Assembly: GCA_951406725.2 (NCBI GenBank)
Contig: OX597816.1
Span: 64,976,001 to 65,040,000 of the forward strand
Reading direction: 5' to 3'
DNA from: Octopus vulgaris
Taxonomy: Eukaryota
Length of the DNA: 64,000 nucleotides
The position numbers and the translations under genes were made by a program. A model generated the notes under the pieces. The model was not told the origin of the DNA, made no database searches, and saw only the letters and a program-made list of their open reading frames with translations. Position 1 is the first letter of the stretch; the number at the start of each line of letters is the position of its first letter. Positions 39,245 through 53,753 of this stretch are shown piece after piece.

Positions 39245-39908
39245 ATAAATGCCCTGATGCAGTACCAGGCAGTGGCTCTCGTGGCTGCTGATCTTAATTG
39301 ATTGGAAGTGCTATCATGTACATTGTTTTGTCTTGGTATAAAAGATGGGCTACAACAAATATTCTGCTCAATACCACAGATTTGCTTGTCAGTTGTTTGA
39401 CCATAACCAGTTGAGCATGTCCCTTAGTGGCTGATGATAATGGCATCTCTGATCACCAGCAGAAGTAGTGGGGGAGCATCCATGTTTCCAGAGGTGAATT
39501 ATTCAAACCTCAAAGAATCCCCTCAAAAGGTCCCTGAATAAGGGTTGTTTAAGGATGTTGAACGAAACACCCCTGTTTCCAAAGGTGAATTATTCAAACC
39601 TCAAAGAATCCCTCTCAACACATGGCTATGAACATGGAAACATGGATGTTTCGTTCAACTTCCTTAAACAATCCTTATTCGAGGACCTTTTGAGGGGGAT
39701 GGGTTATTCGACCAGATGAAAATTCTAACTGGGCCCCACTTGCAAGGTCATGTGCTGTTTATTGTGATATGAGATCACCATGTCGTGCACATTTGGTTGT
39801 GATGCATGTGCCTAGAGTACCCTTATCAGACGGGTAGTCATGATAGGTATACTGGGCTTCGTATATTTTACCCCAGTGTCACTTTGATGGTATGCACTGC
39901 ACTCTCAC
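39245..39908. mobile_element. Non-coding element between (AAT)n tracts, with internal duplication and inversion
   Basis: A higher-GC 660-bp block bounded by (AAT)n. Internal ~90-bp duplication (39482 and 39573) and an inverted pair (39538-39581 versus 39635-39679). Family not assigned. Confidence 0.55.
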
Positions 39909-39973
<65 letters not shown>

Positions 39974-41385
39974 CCTTTCTACTATAGGCACAAGGCCTGA
40001 AAGTTCGGGGAGAGGGGATAGTCGATTACATCGACCCTACTTCCTAAGTGGTACTTATTTTATCGATCCGAAAGAATGAAACGCAAAGTCGACTGCGGTG
40101 TAATTTCTACAACAGCAACAAAGACAACATCGACAAGAGCAACACTAACAACGCTTTCGATTTAAGCAGAAAATCAGCAATACAATATTCACTGCTACAG
40201 GAGTTTGTGCGCCCCAGGTAGATGAAAAGCACAGTCAGATAAGGCGGAATTTGAAATCAGAATATAACGTGATGAACCGGAAGATATGAATAGTAGAATT
40301 CATTTTTTCCCCTTTGCAATAACGTGTAACATACTTTACGAAATAAACGTCTGACATTAAAACGCCTGCGAAATGTAGTTACCAACCAACAAAACAACAG
40401 AACCGATACTGTAGGTAGTTCCACATGAGAAAGAGAGTATGAAACACGACAAACCGCAGTAGCAAAGTAGAACTGATGTGATATTTTATCAGGTGTCTAT
40501 AACCTCAGAATACAATACTGCCCCATACATTGCAAGAAGGGGAGCAGTACATGGAGATGTTGTGGAATCTAAGATCAACGTGTTAAATACGTAACCGTGA
40601 CAAGAAGATAATAAACCTGTCCTTCTTCTCTCTCGCTGGGCAATATGGACCGTCAGTCTGAAATCACAACTATTTTCACTGCGGTTTACATCCAAGACCA
40701 TCGACGTACGTTCCAGATCTAAAAAGATCGTGTTTACCTCTTGAATAATGGTTTTCTAAAACTACTCTCAAACTGTTCACTAGGAATGAGGTGTATTTGC
40801 CGTGCTCAACGAGATAAAGAGCAAGCAAGTGCGTCTCAGGGATCTTAAGTCACACATGACTGTCTTATCTAGGCTTAGTGACTTCATATCATTCAACAGA
40901 TGTTTCTGATTCCATACTGACTCATTACCATATGCATTTGTACACTGCATTTTGAATTAATATACATTGGTTACATCGACTCCACTATTCATCTTCTCTT
41001 CAATTTATTGACGCCGAAAGGATGAATGGTAAAGTCGACTTCGGCAGAATTTGAACTCAAAACGTAAAGACGAAAAATATATATTAGCTTGTGCACGAAT
41101 GAGATAAGCTACTTACCTTGTGGAAATTACCAGAGTTTCAGGAGTTCACGATGATCGTTCTGGAAAATAAAAAGAACGAGACACCTCTGAAATATGTTCC
41201 TCTTAGAAACTGTTTTGTAAATTCCGTACATCACTTGGGGAACTTTACAGGATTCCAGCATTGATTCCAAATATCATCTTTATCAGATTATCGTCTGCGT
41301 CTGATATCATCAGTATCAGACAGACACAATATTATCCACAGTTTCCTATTCATCATCAACAACTTCGACCTCTCCAGACTCCTTC

Positions 41386-41416
<31 letters not shown>

Positions 41417-41431
41417 TGTCATCATCATCAT

Positions 41432-41473
<42 letters not shown>

Positions 41474-42555
41474 TGTCACCGTCCTGTTCATCATTACTGT
41501 CTTCAGCTGCACTAGCCCAAACGCAGTCTTTGCCACAATTAATATTAGCAATATCGGTTTATTCTTACACTTTTATATATTTCTTTCATTAAGCTTATTG
41601 TTATCTCATCTTGGTTGTTCTTATTTTTCGATTACTTTTAGTTTTAGTTTTTCTTTTCTTTTCTTTTTTTTTTTGATTTCTCAATTATATTTAGTGTTTG
41701 ATATTATATTTTATTAACAGTTAGTTTATTTACAATTATCTCTCGCACATTTCTCCACCATCCATCTATCCTCGCCTCACAAATCGTCTGCATCAGTGTA
41801 AATACATTATTGCGATCGAGCCATTTCCGTCTACTATGAGAAAATTTTAATCATCATTGCTAAGAGTGTATGTGCAAGTTTTTGCTTTTGTTTGTATGGT
41901 TGTGTGTGCTTTTGTTTTGTTTTGTTTACAAAGGAAACGATTTTTTTCCTATTTTTAATTCAATGAATGGTCAACATCACCATTATCGTCATCCGCTTCC
42001 ACCCTCCTAACCGATGTCACCATCGTCATCATTAGCGTCTTTTACCATCATTTTATTTGCCTCGTTCTATTTTTTTAATTCTATTACTGCTGCAACGATT
42101 TTGTTATTTAGAACTCTGAAAAGCAAACAGTGTGTCCATATCCTTTTGCAGGTCCTTCTAGGTTACGGGTCGGAGGTGTAATTCGTGATTTAAGAACGGT
42201 TAATATTCAGAGAAAACTTTTGATGGTTGAAGATTGTTGAAAACAAAAATACGAACAGGCTTTTAATGGTTTTCAGAAATCGTTTGGTTTACAGGAATGC
42301 TTTTTAATGAAAGGAGTTTTATTGAAACTCAACGTAGGAATAGGAAAAACTGAAGTACTGGCTGTTTACAAGTGATTTTAGAATAAGAGACATGCAAGTA
42401 GCAAGCGGTGATGAAGAAACTGCAGACTGTTAGAGATCTAACGCGTGCTTATAAGACAAAATAATAAAACCAAGTAAAACATAGATAGATAAGTAGATAG
42501 ATAGAGAGAGAGAGAGAAAGAGAGAGAGTTACATAGATAGATGTATAGATAGATA

Positions 42556-43083
42556 TGTTTCTTTATTAGCCACACAGGGCTGCACACAGATAGAACAAAT
42601 TACAAGGTAGAGCTTTTCTTTTGAAGGTTTAAAAAAAAAAAGAAAAAAAAAAAGGAAGGGGGAGTTTCGATCAAAAGGGATCGTAAAAGGAGAGAAAGAG
42701 GACAAAAAAAAGGGGGGTTAAAAAAAAAGGGGGAGAGGAAAAAAAAAAAAAAAAAAAAAAAAATTGATCAATAGGGATCGTTATCACAGAAATGTCAATA
42801 TGAAGTGTAAAGGGGAGGACAGGTGAGGTTTACCCGTGGAAAGAAAAGCCTACGGAAAAGACCACGGTAACCTCGGTCAATGAAGTCACATTTTATACTT
42901 CTTTTTTTTTTTTTTTTTTTTTTTTTGCAAATAAGCAACTCTCTGTTTTCGATTTCTGGGTTCATAGGACTATGCTCAAGGTGGCTTCGTCATTCATACG
43001 TGCCATTCTTGCTACATTCACCCATCTTTTTTTAAAACATTCGCTAGACAAAACTTGCCTCTCTACTCTCACTTTCCTTTTCA
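42556..43083 (-). mobile_element. L1/Tx1-like LINE 3' end, 5'-truncated, with 17-bp TSD in (GATA)n
   Basis: Minus strand reads LKRKVRVERQVLSSECFKKRWVNVARMARMNDEATLSIVL* followed by a 3' UTR ending AATAAAGAAACA. TSD AGATGTATAGATAGATA at 42539-42555 and 43084-43100. Clade call rests on the C-terminal peptide only. Confidence 0.75.
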
Positions 43084-43535
<452 letters not shown>

Positions 43536-44532
43536 GAATTGAGGAACGTAGTTTTTAGATATATTTTGTCGCTTATTCTAGATATTCCAGCAAATTTTCT
43601 CTATCAGCTCGGGTTATCGAAATATTTTATATCCCTAACTGTTATTCATAAAACCGATGGACAGAGCGAATAGTGAAATAAGCGTTCATTTACTCAGACG
43701 AGTCCTGTGGTAAGGTGCCAAGAACAATCACCTTGAATGTTGTAGTACTAATCCTTCAAAATATGCATATCCCAATCTTTCTGATATCTTTCTTTCATAG
43801 TTCTTAAACCTTGGTAAAATAGTTCATTCTGTTCATCTGGGAAATAATCCAAGTGACTGCAATAATAATGCACTTTCATATTCATAGATAAGGTAACAGA
43901 AATAAGGGAGCACGTTTACCACTAATTCAGAGTTGTTATTTTCTTTATGGCTCCTAAGAGTGAACGAAACCTTGAATCGGCTTCACTATTGTTCATTGAA
44001 TCTTGGAAATATGAGTCTTTCACGAGGTCCCTGATTTGTGGCCCGTTAAAATACGTAGCTTCGGCTCTTCTATGCTCAACGCTGATAATTTTCCGCAAAT
44101 ATAGTCAAAGCGGTCCCTTTCGTTTTTCAAAGCGTTCACAAACGGTTATATTAAACTTAGTTTGATGTGCAGTAGCAGTAAAATTATCTTATCTCTAGCA
44201 AACAAGAATTCTGCGATTCTTTTCTCTAACGATCATGTTTTCTCTTAGAGGTCATTGTTTTCTCACACAGTGCTCATCCTTAGACCTATAGTCCTAGAGA
44301 CAGATAAATCAGGGACACTTGGTGTATCTATTCTACTGATCCAGAAGAAAATTCACCACCTTAAGATATTCACAGATTAGCCATTGGTGATGGTGATATA
44401 TATTTTGTAAACGCAGAGAGATTGTTTTCTGCTGTCCAGTTATCTTTGTAGAGAGACCAATTGGGACTGATCTGTATGTTTTGCTATTGTGGAGAGGCAC
44501 ACGTTTTAAACTCCGATTAGAATAACCGCCAT

Positions 44533-44838
44533 TTGTTGTTGCTGTTTGTTCCTTCTCGAGCCATGCCTGGCTCATAAGGACCGGTTTCCCGGTTTCATTG
44601 GCGTATAGGTTCCCCCACCTGGACGGTCGCCGGTCTGCCGCAGGCGAGCTGCAGGAGGAAAGAGTGAGAGAAAGTTGTGGTGAAAGAGTCAGCAGACGTT
44701 CGCCAATACCTTCTGCCGGAACCGCGTGGAGCTTAGGTGTTTCGCTCATAAACACACACATCATCCGGTCTGAGATTCGAACTCGCGATCTCTCGACCGC
44801 GAGTACGCTACTCTTACCATTAGGCCATGTGCCTTCAC
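44533..44838 (-). mobile_element. tRNA-derived SINE family C
   Basis: Homologous to the copies at 14201 and 37022. Confidence 0.92.
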
Positions 44839-45045
44839 AACCAACATTTACTTCACACATATTTTAACATATCCACTTTCATTAGCAAGCTTTAATATCG
44901 TTGCAAAAATCGAGATGAACGGCAGTAAATCTATTTCTCTATTTCCGTAATATGGTGTGTAGGTACATTTATTGATGCATGCGTTGTCAAAAACTACAGA
45001 GTCTAAAGACAAATGGTCATATTCTTATTCAGCGGCGTGGATATA

Positions 45046-46326
45046 CGAGGGACGTTCAATAAGTAATGCCCCTGACCCACTTCTAGGTGCTTCATCTAGT
45101 TGAAATTTTGCAATTACTCATATCTCTATAGATTAGGTGGCACGTTACAGCTCTGAACTAATTATGGTTTCTGATTTACAGGTGTTTGAACTGAATCAAG
45201 TGTGAAATGGAGCCTGTTGAGTGTCGAGCAGTGATCCGGTTTTTGTATTTGAAAGGACGCACACCACGGGAGACTTTTGATGAAATGAAAGTAACTTATG
45301 GTGATAATGCCCCATCATATGAACTTGTAAAACGCTGGCATCGTGAATTCAAACATGGTCGAAACTCTGTGGAAACAGCTCCCAGATCTGGTCGCCCCCT
45401 TCTGCCATTGATGAGGCATCTGTCCGTCAAGTTGAGGCTGCCATTTTGGAAGATCGACGCATAATTATTCGCCAAATAGCCCATGAGGTCAAGATTAATA
45501 CCGGGTCAGTGGAAACTATCATTCATGACCATTTGCATATGCAAAAGGTGTCTGCCAGATGGATTCCCAGGCTGCTCACACTTTTCCAGAAGCAGGAACG
45601 CGTCGAATGCTCGAGGATGAATTTGGAGACGTACCAAGAAGATGAGTCAAACTTTTTCAAAAGACTGATTACACAGGATGAAACCTGGGTCCATCACTAT
45701 GATCCAGAGACCAAAGCCCAGTCAATGCAGTGGAAGCACCGTGACTCACCTTTTCCAAAGAAGGCAAGGGTGCAGCCCTCTGCTGGCAAGGTCATGCGTC
45801 TTCTGGGACCAGGACGGAGTAGTGATGACAGATTTCCTGGCAAAGGGTACCACAATTACAGGAGCCTATTATGCTTCACTTTTGAGGAAATTAAGAGAAG
45901 CTATCAAAATCAAGAGGCGGGGCAAGATCAGCGAAGGCATCCTCCTCCTGCAGGACAACGCTCCGGTCCACAACTCGCGTGTCGCCAGATCAGAAGCACA
46001 GGCGTGCGGCTATGAACTCCTCCCCCATCCCCCATACTCTCCTGACCTTGCACCCTCTGATTTTCACCTCTTCCCAGCCATGACGTTGTTTTTGAAAGGA
46101 AAGCATTTCCCAGATGATGCAGCCTTGATTTCTAAAGTCACGTCGTGGATTGAGGACCAAGCTGGGGTCTTTTACAAAAACGGTCTCCAGAGCTGGATCA
46201 AACGATGAGAGAAATGCCTAACTCTGAGGGGTTCCTATATAGAAAAAGACCAATAATTGTGCCAAGTTCCGTTGCTCTACTGGTATGGGAAGTGGGTCAG
46301 GGGCATTACTTATTGAACGCCCCTCG
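45046..46326 (+). mobile_element. Full-length mariner (DD34D) transposon, transposase pseudogenised
   Basis: TA TSDs; ~38-bp TIRs CGAGGGACGTTCAATAAGTAATGCCCCTGACCCACTTC; 1281 bp. Transposase from ATG 45207 is split over 3 frames with WIPRLLT, ITQDETW, LLQDNA and PYSPDLAPSDF (34 residues between 2nd and 3rd D). Premature TGA at 46206. Confidence 0.98.
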
Positions 46327-46974
46327 TATATAGAAACGAACCTAAAAACTGAGGCACCAAAAACGGTTATTAAATTTGTTCCCCAGTGTAGACATGTATG
46401 TGTTTCAATGTATGCGTATACGCGCACACACACACATACACACATACACAACAACACATAGACACACACACACACACACATACATGCATGTCTTTGAGTG
46501 TATGCGTGCGTGTGTGTTTGTGAGTTTGTGTGTCTATGTATGTATGTATGTGTGTGTGTGTGTATGTAAACAAGTTTTTATATCTTCACACATACATCTG
46601 CTCAAATACACACGTTCAAATACACGTGTATGGATGCGTACTCTTACGTAAGAGATAACATAAGTAAAATGTACAATATTAATTAATATAACCCAAAAAA
46701 TAACAGGAATTCCGTAATTACATTGATTAACTGAGTTATCTATTTTAGCTGGAGCGTTTCATTGTTTTTTATTATTTCAGTTATATCTAATTAGATAACG
46801 ATTCACTGTTTTCAGAAATGGCAGAAATGTTATTTAAGATACCTGCAACTAAATGTTCTCTTCTTTGTCGGTGATATACTTTACATTAAATGTTGAGGCC
46901 GGAGGCCTCCAATAAGCATTTGCTTGTCGAGATAAAGCAAGTTTGAATGGCTGTGCTATCAAAAATGACTAATT

Positions 46975-47292
<318 letters not shown>

Positions 47293-48549
47293 GTAACACC
47301 GGTTTACCGGTGGATGGTTTATTTTTCTATACTGTAGCACCGCTCTATACCGTAGCACCGCTGAAGTGCTAGGTATATGGTAAAATAAGATTCAGGAGGT
47401 CAGGGCTCAAAGGGTTAACCAATGTTTTTTTTTTTTCCCTTACAATATCCTATAATTTTAGTAAATAAAAACAAATTTGGTGTCTATCTACGTAAATATA
47501 GAACCTGTTGATAATATACACGCTTCTCTATAAATTACACTTCAAGTATGGGTGATAGCAAATCCGCTGCATGACACTTTAGTTTCTGAGTTGCATCAAA
47601 ACATTTGGACCAAATTGAAAACATTGGTATTGTTTAACTTGAAATAATAGTGCTCCAATATCAACAAAACTTTATCTATTTCAAATTATTTAGAATTAAT
47701 GTAATGAAACAGTGTAGTCGTTTAAGATATCCAGGCTCTTGTATCATCTTGTTTACTCTAAACATTTGACCAAGTCAGAAGATTTCAATTTACACACGTT
47801 CGAGTTAAGCGAGAGGTCCATTTTGCGAGTATGTTAGAGAAAATCTTTCAAATGTTCATCGTGGATCTATTATATTCTGCACATATCATCACATTTCCAG
47901 AGTAAGGAGCTGCATATTTCGTGCTATTAACAATTTGTTATTCCTCTGGTAACATATCGGCAAATTATGTGTATTTCTAAAGTAACAATCATTTAAAGTG
48001 CTATAAATTCATTAACAGTTTCAAAGTCTGTAAAATATAGGCCCCGGAGAACCAAGAGCACTTGATAATATGCCAAACAGAACGTCGGTATAGAAATGAG
48101 GACTTCTGTGAAGTTGAATTATGCATCTCTAAAGAGTGGGATGTGGTGTGTTGTGAAAGGCTGTATTTATTAATAAATGCACGCATAGATCCGCAATTAG
48201 CTAATATATATCTGTAAAGATAATTTCTGCTGAGCAAAACTTGAGAACAACACGACGACGTTGAAGTCTAATTATTTCTTCAGCCTAGAGTTAATTTCGG
48301 TTTTAATGAATTTGCTTTCCTCAAAACAGAATCTTAAAGGTATCGTTCCACAGAAATTCCGAACTTTGTATCAGTGAATATTAGAAGTTTTGAAATTTAT
48401 CAAACTTAGGACCGTCATATTCAACCGACATAAGTAGGTTGGGAGTTCACTTTTAAATTGAGCCTCAATGACAGAAATTGTGAAATTGTGGTGATACTTA
48501 ATAAATTCACGGGTAACAAGTCAGCAGTTAAAATGTAGTATTTATGTAC

Positions 48550-48720
48550 CTTAGCAGCACTTCGTCCGTCTGTACGCTCTGAGATCAAATACCGCCGAGG
48601 TCGGCTTTGCCTTTCATCCTTTCTGGATCGGTGAAATAAGTACCAGTTGTGTATTGAGGTCGTTGTAATTGACTATCTCCCCTCCACGAAATTGCTGGCC
48701 TTGTTCCAAAAATTTGAAAT
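48550..48720 (+). mobile_element. Degenerate SINE family A
   Basis: GCCGAGGTCGGCTTTGCCTTTCATCCTTT..AAGTACCAGTTG box. Confidence 0.75.
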
Positions 48721-49249
48721 TAATGCCTATTATCTTTTATGAGCCCTGTGACTCCTAAGGCTGGATCTTAACCAGTCCCCGTGGCGTAGAAGTGACCGAG
48801 ATTATAACGCTCTCTCCTGAACGACAAGTGGTCCGTTTCGGGATTAACATCCCAGTAATTACTGCTGGAATTCACAGCTGGATGGACTGGAACAACATAA
48901 AATAAAGTGTTTTTTTCTCAAGGCTAAAACACCAACCGGTTTTATAAATACAACGCTCTAAGCAGTAGGGTACATGCCTTCACGAATGCTTATAATTATC
49001 GCCCTAATTATTTTAAATTTCTCCCTATCAACAGATGAAGCTTCTTGAGGCGACTCGGACTATGATATTACACCGAATATTTTACCAATATCTTCACAAA
49101 CCAAAGCCAGTTCGTTACTGCCATAGACCGCCACTGAATGTTCATTTCCAGAAGAAAACAAAAAAGAAGGCATTCCAACGAGAAGTTTGATTAATTTCCG
49201 ACAACGAACACATTTCCTCACATACTTTTGCAAAATATCCTATCGTTTT

Positions 49250-50130
49250 TACAATAGGCACAAGGCCTGGAATTTGAGGGACGGGGATAATCGATTACAT
49301 CGTCCACGGTGTTTAAAAAAAATAAATGCGCCCTTTTAAAGCCTTGCTAGGCTCATGGGCCCGGTTTCCCGGTTTCTATGGCGTATGTGTTCCCCAGCTG
49401 GACAGGACGTCTGTCCATCGCAGCGTTACTAATTTTTGCCAGCTGAGAGGACTGGCGCAACGTGAAATGACGTGTTTTGCTCAACAACACAACGCGTCGC
49501 CCGGTCCTGGAATCGAAACCACAATCTTACGATCATTGTGCTGACACCCTAACCACTAAGCGACGCGCCTCCACCTCGAAAGGATGAAAGGCAAAGTCGA
49601 ACTCGGCAGAATTTGAAGTCACAATGTTGTGACAGGAGAAATACCTATTTCTTTATTACCCACAAGGGGCTAAACATAGAGGGGACAAACAAGGACAGAC
49701 ATAGGTATTAAGTCGATTACATCGACCCCAGTGCGGAACTGGTACTTAATTTATCGACCCCGAAAGGATGAAAGGCAAAGTCAACCTCGGCGGAATTTGA
49801 ACTCACAACGTAACGACAGACGAAATACCGCTAAGCATTTCATCCGGCGCGCTAACGTTTCTGCCAGCTCGCCGCATTTTGAAAAATATCTTATCATTAC
49901 AATTAAGATGTTCTGTTATTAATGCTAAAACGAGAGCGGTGAATTTGCACTCCGGGCAAAATGCTTAGCGGTATTTTGTCTGACTTCACGTTCTGAGTTC
50001 AAATTCCCTCGGAGCTAGCTTTGCTTTTATTCCCTTCGGAGTCGATACAATAAGTAGCAGTTGAGTACTGGGGTCGATGTAAATAACTTTTTTCTTCCCC
50101 AACCCTGAACTTGCTGGCCATGTGCTAAGA
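49250..50130. mobile_element. Nested SINE cluster: family C-like copy (49330-49573, -) inside a family A multimer (-), plus a family A copy (+, 49935-50130)
   Basis: The family A sequence is interrupted at ~49312 and resumes at ~49575. tRNA head reverse complement CCCTAACCACTAAGCGACGCGCCTCCAC. Confidence 0.8.
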
Positions 50131-51436
50131 CATTTTCTTCTGACTTGTAATGTTATCCACCCCAAAACAAGCCTTGCTCTAAATTAAATTTGTCTTCTCA
50201 AAATGAGACACAAAGATTGTATTCAATTGTGGTAATGCTGTCAATGATATTAATAGTCGACATTTCTACTTGCTTAGTAAAGGTGGCGGACTGCAATGTA
50301 TATGTTACCCGACTTTCATTAAACGAGCCAAATATATTGGATGGTCAGCTATCAGTCCAACCACTTGTTTGTTGAGTCCCTGACAAAACCTCCCTAATAG
50401 CATCTCTCGTGAAGAAAACTTGCAGTATTTTTCAAATTTGCCTTTCTAAAACTAAAAATATCATTAATAGATCTTCCAGGTTTTTGTTCATAGTATATTG
50501 AATATAGAGTCGTTGCTAGTAAATATAGTTGTCATGTAATTTTTGTCTCCAGAATAGTACAGAACACAATATTCTATGATTTCATGTCTTTTCCGTCGTA
50601 ATTACTGGCTGAAGTACCTCCCAGACTTAATAGAAATAAATCCATTTTATCTTTCTCGTGTTTCTTTCAAAATCTAAGATTTTTTTGAAACTGCATAATG
50701 AATTTATCAAATGTGTCTGCAGGATTAATTTTCGTTACCATAGGATGGATGAATTTTATTGATAATTAACTGGATTATAGAAACCCCCAAACTGTAAAAG
50801 TTTTTGTAATAATCCGTAATTGGAGGGAGTTTGTATTTAACCATATACGTATCTTTCCCATCAGAAGTTGTCGACTAGGAAAGACATTTTATTCGACTTT
50901 GCATTAAAAAGCCATTAGAGATGTGCACAGAACTTTCGAGATTTCACGAATTCTCCTCTCAGTAATTAACATATTTCGAGGAGTTTATTGAAGAATATCC
51001 AGTACTACTGTCTTTACGTCTCTTTACTGTCTCGTTTTTTTTTTGTTCTTTCAGCAGGTTTTCCACATATATTTTTTTTTTCTTTGCAACTTCCTTCTTC
51101 CCATTTCATTTTTTCCATTCCTTCCCCTTTTTCTTCTTCTTTTCCTCCTCCCCTTCTTCCTCTTCTTTTTCTTCTTCGCTTTCTTCCTATTTTTCTTCTT
51201 CGTCTCCTTCTTCCCCTTCTTCTTCTTCTTCTTCTTCTTCTTCTTCTTCTTCTTCTTCGTCTCCTTCTTCCTATTTTTCCTCTTCGTCTCCTTCTTCCTC
51301 TTCTTCTTCTTCTTCGTCGCCCTCTTCTTTTTTTTCCATCTCCTTCTTCCTACTTTTACTACTCCTACTGCTTCAGCCACTGCCAATACTACCTCTGCTA
51401 CTTCTACTACCTACTGCTACTACTGTTGCTACCATT

Positions 51437-51750
51437 AGGAGCACTCCGTCGCTTACGACGATGAGGGTCCCTGCTGATACGATCGACGGAACAGTTTGCT
51501 CGTGAAATTAACGTGCAAGTGGCTGAGCACTCCACAGACACGCGAACCCTTAACTTAGTTCCAAGGGAGATTCAGTGTGACAAGGCCGGCTCTTTGAAAT
51601 ACAGGTACTACTCATTTTTGCCAGCTGAGTGGACTAGAGCAACGTGAAATAAAGTGTCTTGCTCTACGACACAAAGCGTCGCCGGGAATCGAACTCACGA
51701 CCTTACAATCTTCAGCCGAATGCCCTAACCACTAAGCCACGCGTCTCCAC
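51437..51750 (-). mobile_element. tRNA-derived SINE family E
   Basis: Head GTGGAGACGCGTGGCTTAGTGGTTAGGG with B-box GTTCGATTCC; shared ACTTTATTTCACGTTGCTCTAGTCCACTCAGCTG box; distinct 3' tail. Confidence 0.85.
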
Positions 51751-53097
51751 AACTACTACTGTTAACACTACTACTGATACTACTACTAGTTGTTGCTATT
51801 TTTCTTCTACTACTACCTTAACTTCTACTACTACTATTACTACATCTGCTGCTGCTGTTACTGCAACTTCCTCTTCCTTTAACAGTAATACTACTATTAC
51901 TTCTACTAATACTACTACTACTACTACTACAAGTGTTCTTCTTACTACAACTAATTCCTCTACTGCTACAACAACAACGACAGCTATTCCTATTTTTTCA
52001 TCGCCGTCCTCATATTCTTTCTTATACAATTTTATTTTTCATTCTCTTTGAATTTGTTCCTCCAGTTTCTCCTTTTTGTTCGGCTTTTTTGCTCTTTCTT
52101 TCCCTTAAGCAAGTCCTCTCCCCATTCTATTTCCTTTCCTTTTGATTTCGTTTTACTTTTTCAATTTTTGTTCATTTCTTACAGTCCACTGCGTTATCGC
52201 CCTTCATCGCACTCTCTATATCTTCCTTTGTTCTCCAGCAACATCCACTTCATACCCAACCAACAACATTTGGTTCGTTCCTTTTATATGTTTATATCTT
52301 TAGTTACGCATTCGTTTACTTCTATTTGTGTATTTTCATTTTTCGCATTATATCCCGCTTGTTTTCTTTAGTTTTTCCTCTTAATATGTTAATGTTATTC
52401 TATCAGCTGTGTTCGACAATAAGAAAAAATAAAAATGAGAAAGAAATATTACAAAGCAAAACGTGTAAAAAAAAACATAAGGGAAAAAAACTGGAAAACG
52501 AAAACAAAAATCTTTTGCACGAAATTACCACGAACAGCAACAATAACCAATTTATATTCAGCACAAGAAAGAAAATTGAATCGATTTTAATTGGCAATTA
52601 TTAGATAAAAGATTTTAAGATAAATTAAATTCATAACTAGATTTATTGCATACGTTACATCAGAACGCCTATTTCTAGATTTTTGCATACTTGATACCCT
52701 GCCTGATAAATTCCAAAATACAATTTCAATTATATACAATGAAACATAGTGATTATTATAAACCAGTAAATTTATCCCCCCACCATCACCACCACTTAGT
52801 ACTTAGTATTCTCCTCTCAAAAGTTTAGGGGCAAATTTTCTGAAAGTGGACCGCATGCGATATTGCCCGTCACCTTCAAGCGGACCACAATGCTAAAAAA
52901 AAGTTAAAGGAAATTTTTCGCTACCTGTGCCATTCAGAATGTCTTGCGGGCTGCAGCCTGGCCGTTACTGCACTGCAGCTTCGCCATTACTGATTTAGAC
53001 AATACGTAACTCTCTAGAGTAATTATTCTCGACCGGGGTCCATATGACCCTTGGGAATCCATATAAGGATTCTTTGTTAAAATTTATGTGCAATATA

Positions 53098-53525
53098 TAG
53101 GCGTAGGAGTGGCAGTGTGGTAAGTATTTTGCTTAGAGTTACTTACGAACCACATGGTTCCAAGTTCAGCCCTACTGCGTGGCAACTTCGGCGAGTGTCT
53201 TCTACTATAGGCTCGGGCCGACCAAAGCCTTGAGTGGATTTGGTAGATGGAAACTGAAAGAAGCCCGTCGTATATATATATATGTATGTGTTTGTATATG
53301 TTTGTGTGTCTGTGTTTTGCCCCTCCCCACCATCATCGCTTGACAACCAATGCTGGTGTGTTTACGTCCCCTTAACGTAGCGGTTCGGCGAAAGAGATCG
53401 ATGGAATAAGTACTAGGCTTAAAAAGAATAAGTCCTAGGGTCGATTTATTCGACTAAAGTGGTGCTCTAGCATGACCGCAGTCAAATGACTAAAACAAGT
53501 AAAAGAGCAAGGAGTAAAAGAGAGT
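53098..53525 (+). mobile_element. Full SINE family B
   Basis: Both halves present; tail GTGCTCTAGCATGACCGCAGTCAAATGAC..(GTAAAAGA)n. Confidence 0.9.
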
Positions 53526-53683
53526 AATAAGGATTAAGAAAGCAAAACTATATCAATAAGTTTCAGTTCAATTGACTACAGAGATCGCTCTTCTTTCAAT
53601 TCTAAAGAAACCCTCGAAAGTACCTATCCACTTTTCAGGTATGAAAATGTTCGTATACACACAGACACACACTCACAAGAACA

Positions 53684-53742
<59 letters not shown>

Positions 53743-53753
53743 GTATTTACATA

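Noticed and set aside
50988-52051. Leu/Phe/Lys/Thr-rich ORFs
   Set aside because: (CTT)n and (ACT)n low-complexity tracts plus SINE sequence.
53110-53122. TGGCAGTGTGGT resembling the miR-34 5' end
   Set aside because: Point variant of the SINE B head, with no precursor hairpin.
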